Numbered from the stretch's first letter, positions 1-12,290 are shown. The stretch is 37,807 nucleotides of DNA from Antechinus flavipes (GCF_016432865.1 NC_067402.1:248992001-249029807), one strand, 5' to 3'. The notes: a model not told the origin generated them from the letters alone. Made by a program: numbers and translations.

Positions 1-489
1 GTCCAATGTCATATTTATGAAAAGGAAAAATCAAGATTTGAACCCTGGATCACTAACTAAATATTATACGTTTTCCATTCTGCTTTAGGGGAAAATCCAA
101 CAGTCAGAAAGAATTGGAACAAATATATCAACAAGGGTCCCCGAAATTTTTAGAATTTTTCACCAAATCTTTAATATTCTGTAATGTCACATTTGTTATA
201 ATGCATTTTTTCTTTTTCTTTCAGTGTCAACTAGTATAAATATCTAGAAATTCATACTTTGGGAAAACCTGGTCTTCTCTGACTTAAAACTATGACAATT
301 CATCCTTCTATCTAAACAATCTCTCTTAGGTTCCAGTCTTTTCAGGTCATCTTTTTGAATTAAAAAGAGGTCAGACTCCAAAGATCTAACACCATTTAGT
401 TATTTTATGATAACAATTATCAGTTGTAAAAAAATTGTGTAATAACACAGGAATTGTCAGTGACTGCATTGGACAAAATGAAAAAAAAA

Positions 490-660
490 AAGATGCTAGA
501 TTTGAAGTTAGATGACCCAGGCTGAAAATCTTGGCCCTGCAACTCATTTACCTGCATCATCCTACACAAGTTTTTATAATTTCCAGGGCCTCAGTTTTCA
601 CAAATGAATTAAACTTGGTATCTTGAAAGGTCCTTCCCAGTCTGATCTTATCTGCACTTG
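490..660 (+). mobile_element. MIR/CORE-SINE, degenerate
   Basis: Core-like gggcctcagttttc followed by a MIR3-type tail (aaggtccttcccagtct). Confidence 0.6.
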
Positions 661-1099
661 TTCTCTAAGACAAATACAGATCATTTGTGGAAAATATATA
701 TTCTTATATTTTGAACCATATCAAAATGGCCATTACGGTTCATGGTAAAAGCATGTCCTAAAAGCTTTTGTGAAGTTTTAAGCTACTAAAGTTTAGAAGC
801 TATTATAATATTAGTAATTTTAAACTGCACAAAACTTTTGGAACACCTTAGATGAATAGACAGGAAGCAGAGACAAATATTAGTGATTTACTATCACAGA
901 AGGAGAGGCATAAAGCATACTCTTCATAATTTTAAAGAAGTCAGAATTTTCAGACACAGAGAAAAATACAGTATTTTTGTTTTGTTTTGTTGGGGGGGTT
1001 GGTAAGTATCAACATAAGGAGAAAAAAAATTTTAAAGTATTATCTACAATAAGATCTCATATTCACACATTGAATTAATAATTACAAAATACTCTCTTC

Positions 1100-1560
1100 A
1101 CTGAAATCCTGCAGTGGTATAAATACTGTATCATTATTGCACAGATGAGGAAGCTGAGGCTTTGAAGTACTTTTTTCAGAATTAATTACACAGTTAGCAA
1201 GTTTCAGAAAAACCTTATTAATGGTGTCTTATGACTTTAAGACAATTCTTCATGCTTATTATAAATGTTTGGTGAAAATTATTTTTGGATGCAATCTTTA
1301 TTATTTTCCATATTTTAAAGGAGAATGATTACCCATATATAAATTTAGATGATCACATTTTATGCATTAAATTACTAGCTTAGGGAACTCTTTCCAGAAA
1401 TGTTGACCATGATGTTCTATACCTTAGAAGTTAGTTTTAGAATTTCTTGAGATTCATAGGTATGCTAAAATAAGTGAATTGTCCACATATGTGCATATAC
1501 AATGCCAGAATTTGAACTCAAATCTTCCCGACTTGAGGTTACAGCTTTCAATAGCACAAT
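1100..1560 (-). mobile_element. Two MIR fragments (about 1100-1210 and 1390-1560)
   Basis: acagatgaggaagctgaggct and ccagaatttgaactcaaatcttc resemble the reversed MIR core. Confidence 0.55.
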
Positions 1561-3765
1561 ATGCTCCTTTTAGCAAAATTCTAACAAAGAGCACTTTATT
1601 CTTCAACAATGTGACAACTCCTAATGGGTAAAAAGGCAGCATTCTAAATTATTTTCATCTTTACCTACCATTAGAACCTAGCTGAAAAAAGAAGAAAAAA
1701 TGGAATAAGTGCCTTTAAAATTTGCCTTATAAAATTGCTAAAGAATAGAAATACATGGGATGTTCTGACAGTTCAATATTCAAAAACTATTAGCACACAT
1801 GCCACGCATGAAATTAATATACTGAACAGCTGTGTCAGTCTCAAAAATAATTCTAGGAACCCCATATTGTTTTCTGTCTAGTACTTAAAAGTTTAAAAAA
1901 AAAAAAGGTCACAGAAAATTATGCTTTGACAGTAACTATTGGGGGGAGGGACACTTGAATTGCTTAGTAAAGTTGCTAGTAGGTTAGAAGATTGGAGAAA
2001 CATGATACTTCATTATTAAATTACCCATCATTACTTGCTTGAAAAATCAAATTATTAAACTTAATTATTTTAACGAAAATTAATCCAAAGAAAACCAAAC
2101 AGTGTAACAAAACTGCAGATAATTTTTTTATATTGAAATTTAACAAAAGGGCAAACTGAGACAAATTTCCACACAAAAAAAGGATCAACAATAAACTGAA
2201 TCAGAATCAGTCTTAATCTACACAAGATACTTCAAGACCTTTTAAAAAATGCTGGTTCAGTGTATCATAGCTTCTCTATAACTAAACAACTTTTAGACCT
2301 ACCAACATGCCCTGGACTTTCTCAATCAAAAATATTTTCTCATGAGCAAGACAGCCTAACCCCCACTACAAAAAGTGAGCACATTTTCTTCCTGACTGAT
2401 TTTGTCTCAGTGATGAAACATTAGTTCTTCTAATGTGCCAGATCCTCTACTCAGAAATCCCAATATCCTACCATTACTGGTTACTTCGGAGATACAATGA
2501 ATAAACAGTATATTTGCTTCCTTTAAACTTTCAGGATGCCTAAAAGATTGTAAAGAATTCTACCTGAAACTGAAAAATAATAAAAACAGTATGCTATCAG
2601 AATAGATTATTCTCAAATACTTAAAATAAATGTTATATTTGTGTATGTATAACAAAAGCAAGCTAAACCTTAATCCAATTCATTCAGCTAAAGTCCTATA
2701 CTTTATCAGATTTTTTTTAATGCAAGAAATAGCCACTAGAAAAAGAGGAAGAAATGAAAAAGGTAAAAAGACCATACTACCAAGAGAGAGAAAAAAAAGA
2801 ATACTTCCACATATAAGCTCCATTTGGCATATTAGCACTCTGATTCTTTCTAATGAATGTCATCATTTGAAACTCCACTTGCAATATTCCCTGAACACAT
2901 CCCTGTTTTTTATAGGCAGTTTTATCAATTAAGATAGATTGAACAATTTAAAGATCTAATTGCAGAATGGATGATAGATGCAGGAATTTGCAAGACTCAT
3001 CAGGATATACATCCCTCCTCATCATATTATCTATGATTTTTTAATGCATTTATTAATATTTGACAACATTCAAGTTTACTTTTGGACAGCAGAAGAAGGG
3101 CATATTTAAAATCTACTTGATACTGCTTTCACTAGATAATCTTCCATCAAATTTGGGAGTTAGAAATATCATTTATGGGGGCAGGATGGTCTGGTAAGGA
3201 AGAAAATAAATGTAGGTACTTTAGGTTGGTGACTGGTATTTGAATTGGCCTTGGAAAATTTCAGTTTCTCAAAAACCAGGAAAATGTTCCTCTGCTCATA
3301 ACCTTGACTGCCTTTCAAATCCCTCTGGTCTCCAAATAAAAGTTTTGGATGCCAGCTGGACTCCTAAACTCCAGGACTTTTAGGATGGAAAGCAATTGTT
3401 TCCTGTTAATCTCAAGGAGTCCAAGGAGGACCTATTGAGATGTGAAAGACTATAAGGACTAAATTCCTTGATGAATGTCATTGAATCTTTCTACCCCAAT
3501 AGCTCATCAGAATTTTAAACTCATGAAAGGCAACGAGGTAGTTATTGGTAAGGAAGAGTTCCTCCTGCAATGGTTTATTCTTTGGAACCCCATGGGCTCC
3601 ACCTCAGTTAACCTACTGGGAGTGAGTAATTCAGCAAAAGAGAATCTTTGCCATTGTCTGAGTGGCTTTGCATGCATATTCCCCCTCCTACTTAACTCTT
3701 TGACGTCTTCGGGAAAGAAGATTATCATTTCCAAAAGAAGCATTTCCACTTTCTACACCCTAGTG

Positions 3766-3773
3766 ATTTGCAT
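3766..3773. promoter_or_regulatory. Octamer (POU) motif near the island edge
   Basis: Exact ATTTGCAT about 300 bp left of the island; a single 8-mer could be chance. Confidence 0.25.
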
Positions 3774-3789
3774 ATGTCCTAATACTCAC

Positions 3790-3930
3790 TGGACCAGCCT
3801 TCTTCCTTCTCCAACTCTCCTGGACATCAAATCCAACGGCCACACCCCCCCTCCCACCTAGAAGTTGACTTCAGGATCCCCATACTAAAATTCACCGCCC
3901 AGCATCAACCAGGAGCTAAGGAAGAGGGTC
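3790..3930 (-). other. Candidate non-coding internal exon (141 nt)
   Basis: Minus strand: branch-point-like CTCTAAC (3996-3990), ~55-nt AG-free pyrimidine tract, CAG acceptor (3933-3931), donor CCA|GTGAGT (3789-3784). All three frames contain stops. Confidence 0.4.
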
Positions 3931-4037
3931 CTGGGTAAAGTAAGGGAAGTAGGGAAAGCAAAAAAGAAAAAGGGAAGAAGATAAGGAGGGTTAGAGTCCC
4001 CAGCCAAGATGAATCCTGGATTACATACATCTTCCCT

Positions 4038-4060
4038 GGGGTTGGGGTGGGGCCAGGGGG
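4038..4060 (+). other. G-quadruplex-forming motif
   Basis: GGGG-TT-GGGG-T-GGGG-CCA-GGGGG matches the four-G-tract, short-loop pattern. Confidence 0.6.
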
Positions 4061-4284
4061 TGGAAGAAGAAGGAAGAGCTCGTGGAGCTAGCAGGAAGAT
4101 TTGGTACCTAATGCCTGTGTTTTGGCGTCTGCTCCTTCAATTGATCAATGACAACCGCAGTCTCCACCGGCTTGATGGGGGGTTGGGGAGGGGGGTGTTG
4201 GCTCACGCCGGGAGCTCCTGGACCGTTTCCCTAGCAAGGGTAGGAGGAAGGTGGCTCAGAGAAAGCCCTGGCCCCAGCGCTTTG

Positions 4285-4293
4285 CCGGTAAGT
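4285..4293 (+). other. Strong 5' splice donor, candidate end of a plus-strand first exon
   Basis: CCG|GTAAGT, intron would start at 4288, downstream of a G-rich plus-strand segment. Confidence 0.4.
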
Positions 4294-4524
4294 GTCTGGG
4301 CTTGGAGGCAGCAGCAGCAGCATCCCGGCATCTTTCAGTGCCTCCTCCGTCAGCAGCCAAAAGGAGAAGCGTCCATCGGAAAAATGGCATATTACAAATT
4401 TTGCTTTGGGAAGCAGAGCTCGGCTCAGACCATTGTCAAAAGGAGGATGGGGGGGAGGCGGTTCTTAAAGCCCCAGCGGCCCCTTTCCAGAAGCAACCGC
4501 CTCCACACCAATCCACGCTTACAG

Positions 4525-4678
4525 CTGGAAGAAGAGGCAAGGGAGAGGGGAAGATGGGGAAGAGGAAGCATTCTGACTTTCCAAAACTTAATCAAATGGA
4601 CTAGAAATCTCAACTACCTCTCTTTTCGTTCCCCGCCCTCTCGCCCAAGTCTGGGTCACTAGAGGTGAATAAACTCAC
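4525..4678 (-). other. Candidate 154-nt intron in a minus-strand leader
   Basis: Donor CAA|GTGAGT (4678-4673); ~40-nt pyrimidine tract (4570-4528) ending in CAG (4527-4525). Confidence 0.4.
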
Positions 4679-6119
4679 TTGTATCTCTTAAAATGTGGGC
4701 ACTAAAAAAAGCATAAAATTGGTGGGGGGAGAGGAGGAAGAGCGCCCCACCTGGTCCTGAGCATCCACCTTCTCTACAAAGGAGTTGTTACTGAGCATTC
4801 ATTAGCTCCAAAGAAACAGTAAGACGGAATCCCACGGTAGGTGAGAAAAACTAGGCAAGAATTCCAACCCTTCCCCCGCCACAACCCTGTACAGGTTTGT
4901 TCCATGTTCTATCTTAATGCACTTAAAAGATGCGCTCCTCGTTCAAAAGGGCAGGTAATACACGCCCTCCCCCTCCCCTCCACACACCCACTTATCCTCC
5001 TCAAGCCTCGTGGGGAGGCTTACGAGTCCCAGCCACTCTAAGAAGTTGGCCCGACCCAACCAACCTGCTGCCTGCGCGCGTTGTACTGAAACTGGGATCC
5101 GTGGGGCTGCTAAGGCATCGGCTTTTCCCCTTGCTCGTTCTTGGTGCGCCTCCCCGTTCTCTCAGGCGGGCAGGGGCTTCCCCTGGAAGCTGCTGCAGTG
5201 GTTTCCACCGGCCCTTAAATAAATTCTGAAGTAATCACGTCTTTGCTCTCCCCCTCACGCACACGCGCTCTCTCGCAGATCCACACACATACACTCTGCT
5301 CCCCAGATGCAGCGCGAGTGCAGTTGCTGGTGCGGCTGCCGCTGCTAGGGGCCGGGCCCGCAGCTCCCACGGGCTCCCTCCGCCTTCTCTCGCCTGCCAG
5401 TGGCCCCCAAAGGCGCAGAGAGAAGTCCCACAGAGAAAAGAGCCGGAAAGGCAGACTAATGCTCTTCTGGCCTCGCCCCGCACCCAGCTCACTGGAAACA
5501 GGCTGTACCCGGCACAATGGTGTCTCCGGGAGGAAGATGCGCGCTGCCTCAAGCGAGGACCGCTGAATCGGTTCCACCTCCAACCTCTCTCAAGCCGTGG
5601 CAGGCGTGCGGTTTACCATATCGCCGCTCCTTGAAGGAGGAGCTTTCCTTCTCATGGTGCTAGAAACAGAAAGAGCTGGGGTTAACAGTAGTCTGGGTGT
5701 GGCAGCAGGGAACTGCTCCAGTCCTCTTCATTCATTGCTTGGGCGATGCTAATGTACTCGGGAGAAAGCGTGACAGCAGTATCTGCACTCCAAGCAGAGG
5801 ACTTCTAGCATCGGCACTGACAGTCCTGCCTCGTTTTCCCCTCCCCCAGTCATCCCTCTTCCCATTCCCCAGACAAGCGCACTAGCCTGTCTTCCTTCTT
5901 CCTACACTTGTCTATACACACACATTCCAAGAAGGGAGGGAGCAAAGAAGGTGGTAAGAGGAGAATGTCTGAATTGGAACCTGCCCTACTTAGAGACCAA
6001 GTTCTGTCAAAGTCCTAATCCATTCTCCTGCTGTTGGTGATTAGGGAAAAAGAGAGGACACTGGGAGGACCGTGTTCAACTACGTGGTACGATTTTTTTT
6101 TTAATAAAATAAAATAAAA

Positions 6120-6200
6120 CACGAACTCTAGTCAGGAAAAGCTTTTCAAATCCCATTTCTGCCACTTACTAGCTTTGTGACCTTGAACAAGTGACAACTT
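6120..6200 (+). mobile_element. MIR core fragment
   Basis: tctgccacttactagctttgtgaccttgaacaagtgac matches the CORE-SINE core. Confidence 0.7.
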
Positions 6201-6552
6201 TCAAGGAACACCATTTCTTAAGACACAAGGAGAAAAATGCAAAGGACATAAAAATATAATGCCTTTAGACATCTTGTGTTTCTAAAGATGCAGCTCTTTT
6301 AGAGGGCTAGTGCATGTACTCTGGAAAATACAAAGACAGGTTTTACTAATAAAACACGTTAGGAGAGTCTGAAGAACTATGGCAACAGATATGTTTTAAG
6401 AAAACTATACTCTTTTTTTCAGGATCAAGGGAGCAATAGAATGAAAGATTGAACTTTTCAAATCTCTCCAAAACAGAAATTATCATCAAAGATAAAGCAA
6501 TTTCATCTATATCCATTATTTAAGACACCCAGGAGCCAAAAGAAAGTTTAAA

Positions 6553-6602
6553 ACACACACACACACACACACACCATACACACACACACACACACACACA
6601 CA
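6553..6602. repeat. (CA)n microsatellite, interrupted
   Basis: Direct reading. Confidence 0.95.
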
Positions 6603-7160
6603 AGAACTACCCTCACTGAAACTGAGTTCAGTTAGCACTGTTCTTCCATCTCCCATGCTACTGAGCAAGGAAAGCTGTGCTAACACATGGAAGAAAGGAC
6701 AGAAGTTTACATGAATACCCCTGTACCCCGAGTCCCCCTTCTCTTTCCAGTATCATGGATACCTCAGCTCTCGGCTTTGGAAGTTTGCTCAGTACTAAAC
6801 AGCCTAGTTGGCCACAGCTCTGCAGAAACAAAAGTCTGTAGAAATGGCAACCTAGAAACACTCACAAAGCAAAGCTTTGACCAACTTGTGGGGAAGTGAG
6901 GTGGGATGGGGACAGGTTCTGGAAAGCCAAGAGAACTAAAAAAAGAAAATAGAACAAATCACTAAGGATAGGAACATGAACTGCCCAGAATGGAAGTAGT
7001 CTGGGATGCTTAGAGGTAGAACATCTAAAGATATCATAATCAGAAGGGAGAGAGTCAGGAAGTGAATAATAAGGAATATAAGAAATAAGGATAAGGGTGG
7101 AGAGAGAGAGAGACTGAAAGTACCACATATTTTTGGAAGAAGAAAGCTCAAAGACCTTGA

Positions 7161-7195
7161 ACACACACACACACACACATACACACACACACACA
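7161..7195. repeat. (CA)n microsatellite, interrupted
   Basis: Direct reading. Confidence 0.95.
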
Positions 7196-8754
7196 TCAAT
7201 ACAAAAAACCAATAGCAGAAGAAAACTATAGTCTTCCTGAAGGAATACTTCTGTTTTGGCTTAATTACAAATAAGTATAGGGGATGTACCTGTGGATTAA
7301 TTAATTTCAAATATTCCCAGGTGAAAAAAATTCCTATAACCAATGCAGGTTGGCACTTTGTAAATTAGATTCTTAGAGAGTTGACTAGATCATTGCGATC
7401 GATTTGACCAAAATCATATTGCCAGTTATGTTTCAAGAGTGAGACTTGAATCCAGCTATGTCTTTTCTGGCTTTGAGACTGGCTCTCTCTTTCTACCATG
7501 ATATCCATGCCACTTCTCATTGTTTCATAAAGCAAACAAAAATTCATGTGATCTCATCAATTTAGGACCACCTCCAATGATTCAGATGTCAACTCACTCA
7601 TTCCTGCCTTTCTTGTGTGATTCTTGTCCATAATATTGATTTCTAAAAACATATATTCAGATCTGGAAGAGCCCTGACTCACCATATTGTTCAATCATCT
7701 TCTTTGATGATGATGAACAAATAAGCCTCAGAGTGGTTACATGGTACTTTGATATTCCCAGTTTGAAATGAAAACTTGTTTCTTTGGCATTCAAATATTT
7801 TTACAATTTGGATCCAACTTGTCTTTCTAGACTTATACTTACACATTTGTCCTATAAAGGTATTTTATGGTTTTCTTGCAAGGTCTTACTACATGAATTC
7901 TCTTCCTTTCCATTGAACTATACTTTGCCAAATTGATGTCAATTGCATTGATAGAGCAAGTTTCCAAGTGGGGAATTCTCAATTCCAGTGAAATCACAGT
8001 TCTAGCCAAATATTAATATGTATGGGTATTTATTTATGTATATACTATCCCCTACTATAAAATATAAGCTCCCTGAGGACAGGCTTTGTGTCATTTTGGA
8101 AATGCTTTAGAGTGATCAGTTGGTCTGGGGAGAGAATAGAGCTCCAGCTGAAGAAACTTATTCTTAGATTGTACCATTTAGTCCCAGTGTAAGATCAGCT
8201 GAAACCAAATAACTCAGAAAGGCATGAAAACAGAATACATAATTTCTGAAAACCAATCAAACTCCAGTTTCTCCTATCTGTGGAGAGTTTTTTTTTTTTT
8301 TTAACTATAATTTCTCCACTAGACCCTCAGCATGATTATTCTGTCTTGCCCCATGGTGACTAATCTCTTTATCTATTGCTATATTTCAGAAAAGCTCAAT
8401 GGGTTATGAAAAAGTATTTGTTTTATTTGAAAGCAAGGACAATTGTGTTTGTCAAGAAGAAGCTTACTCAATGCCTGAACAGAGTTAAGAAGCTGCCCAG
8501 CTTGTCTCCAACTCACCATTGAAAATGGCTGATTAAGGCAATGTGTCATCACAATAGGGGTGTTTTAGGAAATAGCAAGCATTTCCTCAGTAAATTCAAA
8601 GATAGTCTTGCTACAGTGAAGAAAGATCAGCAGTGAAGTGACTTATGAACTGCTTTTCTTTTCTTCTATAACTGGATTTCAGGCTGAGACTTTACCCATA
8701 TGGAAATGTTTCTCAGGAAAAGATGCAGATCAATTCAGAGTACTATTAGTTTTG

Positions 8755-9230
8755 AAACTGGAAGAGACCTTTGAAATCATCTAATGCAACCATTCATTCT
8801 ACAGAAAAGGAAACCCAGACTTGGGAAAGTTAAATAATTTCTTTAAGGACACATAGATATTATTAGCTGAACCTGGATGGCAGAATTGACTCCCCCCCAA
8901 AAAAAAAATTAAATTAGCATTAACTAGGTATAAGCAGGATCACTGCATGCTATATTATAGCTATGACCTAGTAGTCCTAAAGAGGAATTGGAATTTATAA
9001 GCCATCTAGTTCAAGAATTAAGAAATTAAGAGAAATTAAGAAATTTAGGCTGGAGTAGAGGGGTTAGTTTCTTGCCCAAGATCATTCAGGTAGTGTCAGA
9101 GGGAAACATTTCAACTCTGGATATCTGGCTATAGGATCAGCCAGTGTCCTTCACACTATACTAGGGAGCTTTCACAATTAATGTTAGAAAGAGGATTTGA
9201 ACCCAGATCTTTGAGCTTCTAAGCCAGGAG
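8755..9230 (-). mobile_element. Cluster of MIR fragments
   Basis: ggaagagacctttgaaatcatcta, cttgcccaagatcattcaggtag and aggatttgaacccagatct are reversed-MIR hallmarks. Confidence 0.65.
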
Positions 9231-9639
9231 TTTGGGGGGGGGGGTGTTGTGTGTCTATCTATCCATTTATTTATCTGTCTGTCTGTCTATTTATTTATGG
9301 AATGAAACAAATACTTACATAACATAGTATAATAAAAATAATTGCATGTAAAATGGCTTTAAAAAGCCATGGGTTCCAAATTAATAATCCCCACTTAAAC
9401 ACAGCCCCTCAACACTTATGCCCTGCTACTTCTTCTAGATTAGTATTACCAAACATTCTTGCAATAACATTTTTTCCTATTAGGATTTTCCTTTACAATT
9501 ATTGTTAATTTTGGTTTGAAGACTCATACCATTGTCTATATATTTACAAAATATTTATATGATATAAATATCAAACAAATAAAATTGTTCTGTGGCCCCA
9601 AACTTGCTGGCAAATATTTTATTAACTCAAAAATGGTTA

Positions 9640-9810
9640 CATAGATTTATAGCTAGAAGTATAATTCTCTCAGTCAATAGATGATGACAGGAAAGCCCAG
9701 ACTTTATTTAAGTGATTTTTTCAACATCACACAGGTAGTAAGACTGAGAGACAGTATTTGATGTCAGGTGCTCAAATATCTAATCCTGATCCTTTTCTTC
9801 TATATCATAT
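9640..9810 (-). mobile_element. MIR fragment
   Basis: acatagatttatagctagaag...catcacacaggtagtaag. Confidence 0.55.
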
Positions 9811-11059
9811 TGCTACTACATATATAATGATGAGATCCAAGATATGCAGAGAGTGCTTTAGTATTTCTAATCCTTTTATGATTCATAAATAAATATTAGA
9901 TTTAAGTTATGAATACTTAATCTTTAGAATTCCTAAAACAAACTCTAACCTTTATTTATCAAAAGCAATAGTTATATATTTCATATGTTCCATGTGTTGC
10001 TATGTAAGTTTATAGTGCTAATGGTCTATTCTCTTCTCACCTATCTAAACAGAATAAATTCTGATTAGGAAAATTATATCAAACTTAATACAGCTGATTT
10101 TTGTTGTCTGCACTTTTTCTTCTCCTACTTTCACAGATGAGCAAATGTTTCTGCATCATTTCTCACAAGATAAATGGTTGTGGAAAAGGCTACATTAATC
10201 AATCCTTATCTATATATTTATACTCCATTAGTATAGTATCTAGCTGTATGAAAGATATTCACAAAGGTTTCAGTTCAAACCTAAAAAGATGCTGGCTTGA
10301 ACAGGTAGATTCAAATGGTTGGTTAGTTTTAAAAAGACATCAATATATACATGAAAGGATTCTTTTTTTAATTTTGTTTCTACTTCTAAGTATATTGCAC
10401 TAAATGCATTACTAGAAAAATTGAAGACAGAGCTGTTATTTGAAAATACTTTGCTCATCCCATGAGTGTCAAGAGGAGAATCTTTTGGATATTCCCTTAA
10501 ATCAAGAATTCTTAGCTTTAAGGGACCTCAGAAATAACTATAGATATTTCTATAGATTGCAGGTCTATGAATCTTACTGGAAAAAAATAGTTCTTGATTT
10601 TCACTAACCTTTAACTGAAATTTAACATTTCCTTCAATATGAATATAGAAAGTTTTTCTAAGTGTTCATAGACTGCACTGCACATACCAAAATGGGGTCC
10701 ATGACACACACCAAAAAAGGACCAGAAAATCCCTGTGTTAAAAGATTTGTTCTTTTGTAAGGCTACAGTTTCATTTTTACAAAGTAATTGATCATTCATC
10801 TATTCTAGTCTAATATCTTTCTTTGCAATTACAGATAAGTATCCATTTTTAAGCGGATAAATTCTTAGAGCCCATTTAGGGGAAATGTCTCACAGACAAT
10901 TGGTGATGCATAATTCTACAGAGATGGTAGAAAATATATGATCTGATGTGTTTACCAAAAACCATTCGGAGGAATCAGTCCCATACAAGATCCTTAGAGG
11001 CAACTATACTTTCCATATATTCTTCTAAAGGAAAGGAGAGAGACTAGGACCCAGCAAAG

Positions 11060-11255
11060 GAATCTGGGAAGAAGCAATTGAAAAAATAGGAAGGAAATCA
11101 AAAAAGAATAATGCAATGAAATCCAAGTAGAGTTTCTAGGAAATGTTTTATTGAGGGGGATGGAGAATTAGCTGAAATGTTTAAAAAAAAAAAAAAACTA
11201 GAGATACCAAGGAAAATGAGAACTGAGAATACCCCCTTTGAATTTAGCAGGAAAA
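11060..11255 (-). mobile_element. L2 LINE fragment
   Basis: Purine-rich segment with aaaatgagaactgagaataccccttt resembling reversed L2 ORF2. Confidence 0.45.
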
Positions 11256-11645
11256 AAAAAACAAAACAAAACAAATCTTTTGACATTAGACTTATTTCCA
11301 CCACCTCCTACTCTTCCCAGTACTCTTCATTACTTGTCATAGTAACTTCATGTTATTTTATATGTCAGTCCACTTATCACAGTAGCGATCAAAAATTTTT
11401 GAGACATCAATGCTATAGTATGAATGACTTTTATGATTATTAATTTCTTGAAATATTCAATGTACAAAAAATTAAATGTGGGAATCATTTACACACACAC
11501 ACACACAATCCTTTCTTTTTTCTGGGGATTCTGACATTTTCAATTCAATAAGCATTTATTGAGCAATTCTGGTATACTTCAAACATTTCCATTCAACCTC
11601 CCCACAAATTTTACATCTTCCTGCTTCTCCAAAATATTACTCCAA

Positions 11646-12031
11646 TGAGATAAATCAGGCCAGTTTCAATGATCTTGTGATGAAGAGAGTCATCTACACT
11701 CAGAGAGAGGACTGTGGGAACTGAGTGTAGATTACAACTTAGGATTTCCACTCTTTTTATTGTTGTTTGCTTGCATTTTATTTTTTTCTCATTTTTTTCC
11801 CTTTTTGATCAGATTTTTCTTGTGCAAGATAATTATATAAATATGTATTCATATATTGGAATTAATGCATATCTTGCCATGTTTAACATATATTGAATTA
11901 CTTGTCATCTAGGGGAGGCAGTGAGGGAAAAGGGAGGAAATAGGAACACAAGGTTTTACAAAGGTCAATGCTGAAAAATTAGCCATACATATGTTCTGAA
12001 AAAGAAAAAGGCTTTAATAAAAAAAAAAAAA
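11646..12031 (+). mobile_element. 5'-truncated marsupial-type L1 3' end with poly(A)
   Basis: L1 3' UTR hallmarks (gatttttcttgtgcaagataa, G-rich tract, aaggtcaatgctgaaaaatta), AATAAA at 12016 and A tail; possible degenerate TSD aaaatattactccaa / aaaaaattacccaa. Confidence 0.85.
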
Positions 12032-12124
12032 TTACCCAAAGATCCTCTCTCTTTAGTCTTTACAACTGAACCCCAACCTTACTCCTGTCACTCAATAGTC
12101 ATTACATATTTCTTATGTAGATAA

Positions 12125-12290
12125 GAAGTAGCTTGGAAAAGTGAATAAAGAGCTGGCCCTGGAACAAGGAAAAAATAGACTCAAGTGTATTATAACTGAC
12201 ACACTTACATATCTATAGGCTGTGGCTCTGGGCAAGTCTCTTAAACACTCCATATGCTTCTCTAGAAATTCTCTAGGATGGTAGTTACCT
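12125..12290 (+). mobile_element. Marsupial CORE-SINE (subfamily not assigned)
   Basis: gagctggccctgga head and ctgtggctctgggcaagtctcttaa core. Confidence 0.65.

Larger units (their letters stand above)
4070..5820. promoter_or_regulatory. CpG island, probable promoter/5' end of an unidentified gene
   Basis: Abrupt rise in GC and CpG (e.g. cacgcacacgcgctctctcgc, gcgcgctgcc, gccgggcccgc) against CpG-depleted flanks; no transposon fragments recognised inside; several consensus splice donors. Host gene not recognised. Confidence 0.85.

Noticed and set aside
4741-4762. CTCF or REST site (minus strand tcaggaccaggtggggcgct)
   Set aside because: Spacing does not fit CTCF, and the second REST half-site is poorly matched.
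4009-5583. Overlapping ORFs of 62-217 aa on both strands of the CpG island as protein-coding genes
   Set aside because: GC-rich DNA lacks stops; the peptides are R/G/S/P-rich with no domain I recognise and overlap in several frames. No gene symbol was assigned because I could not identify the locus.
6862-7343. 116-aa and 135-aa minus-strand ORFs
   Set aside because: VCVCVC and SLSLS runs come from (CA)n and (GA)n microsatellites.
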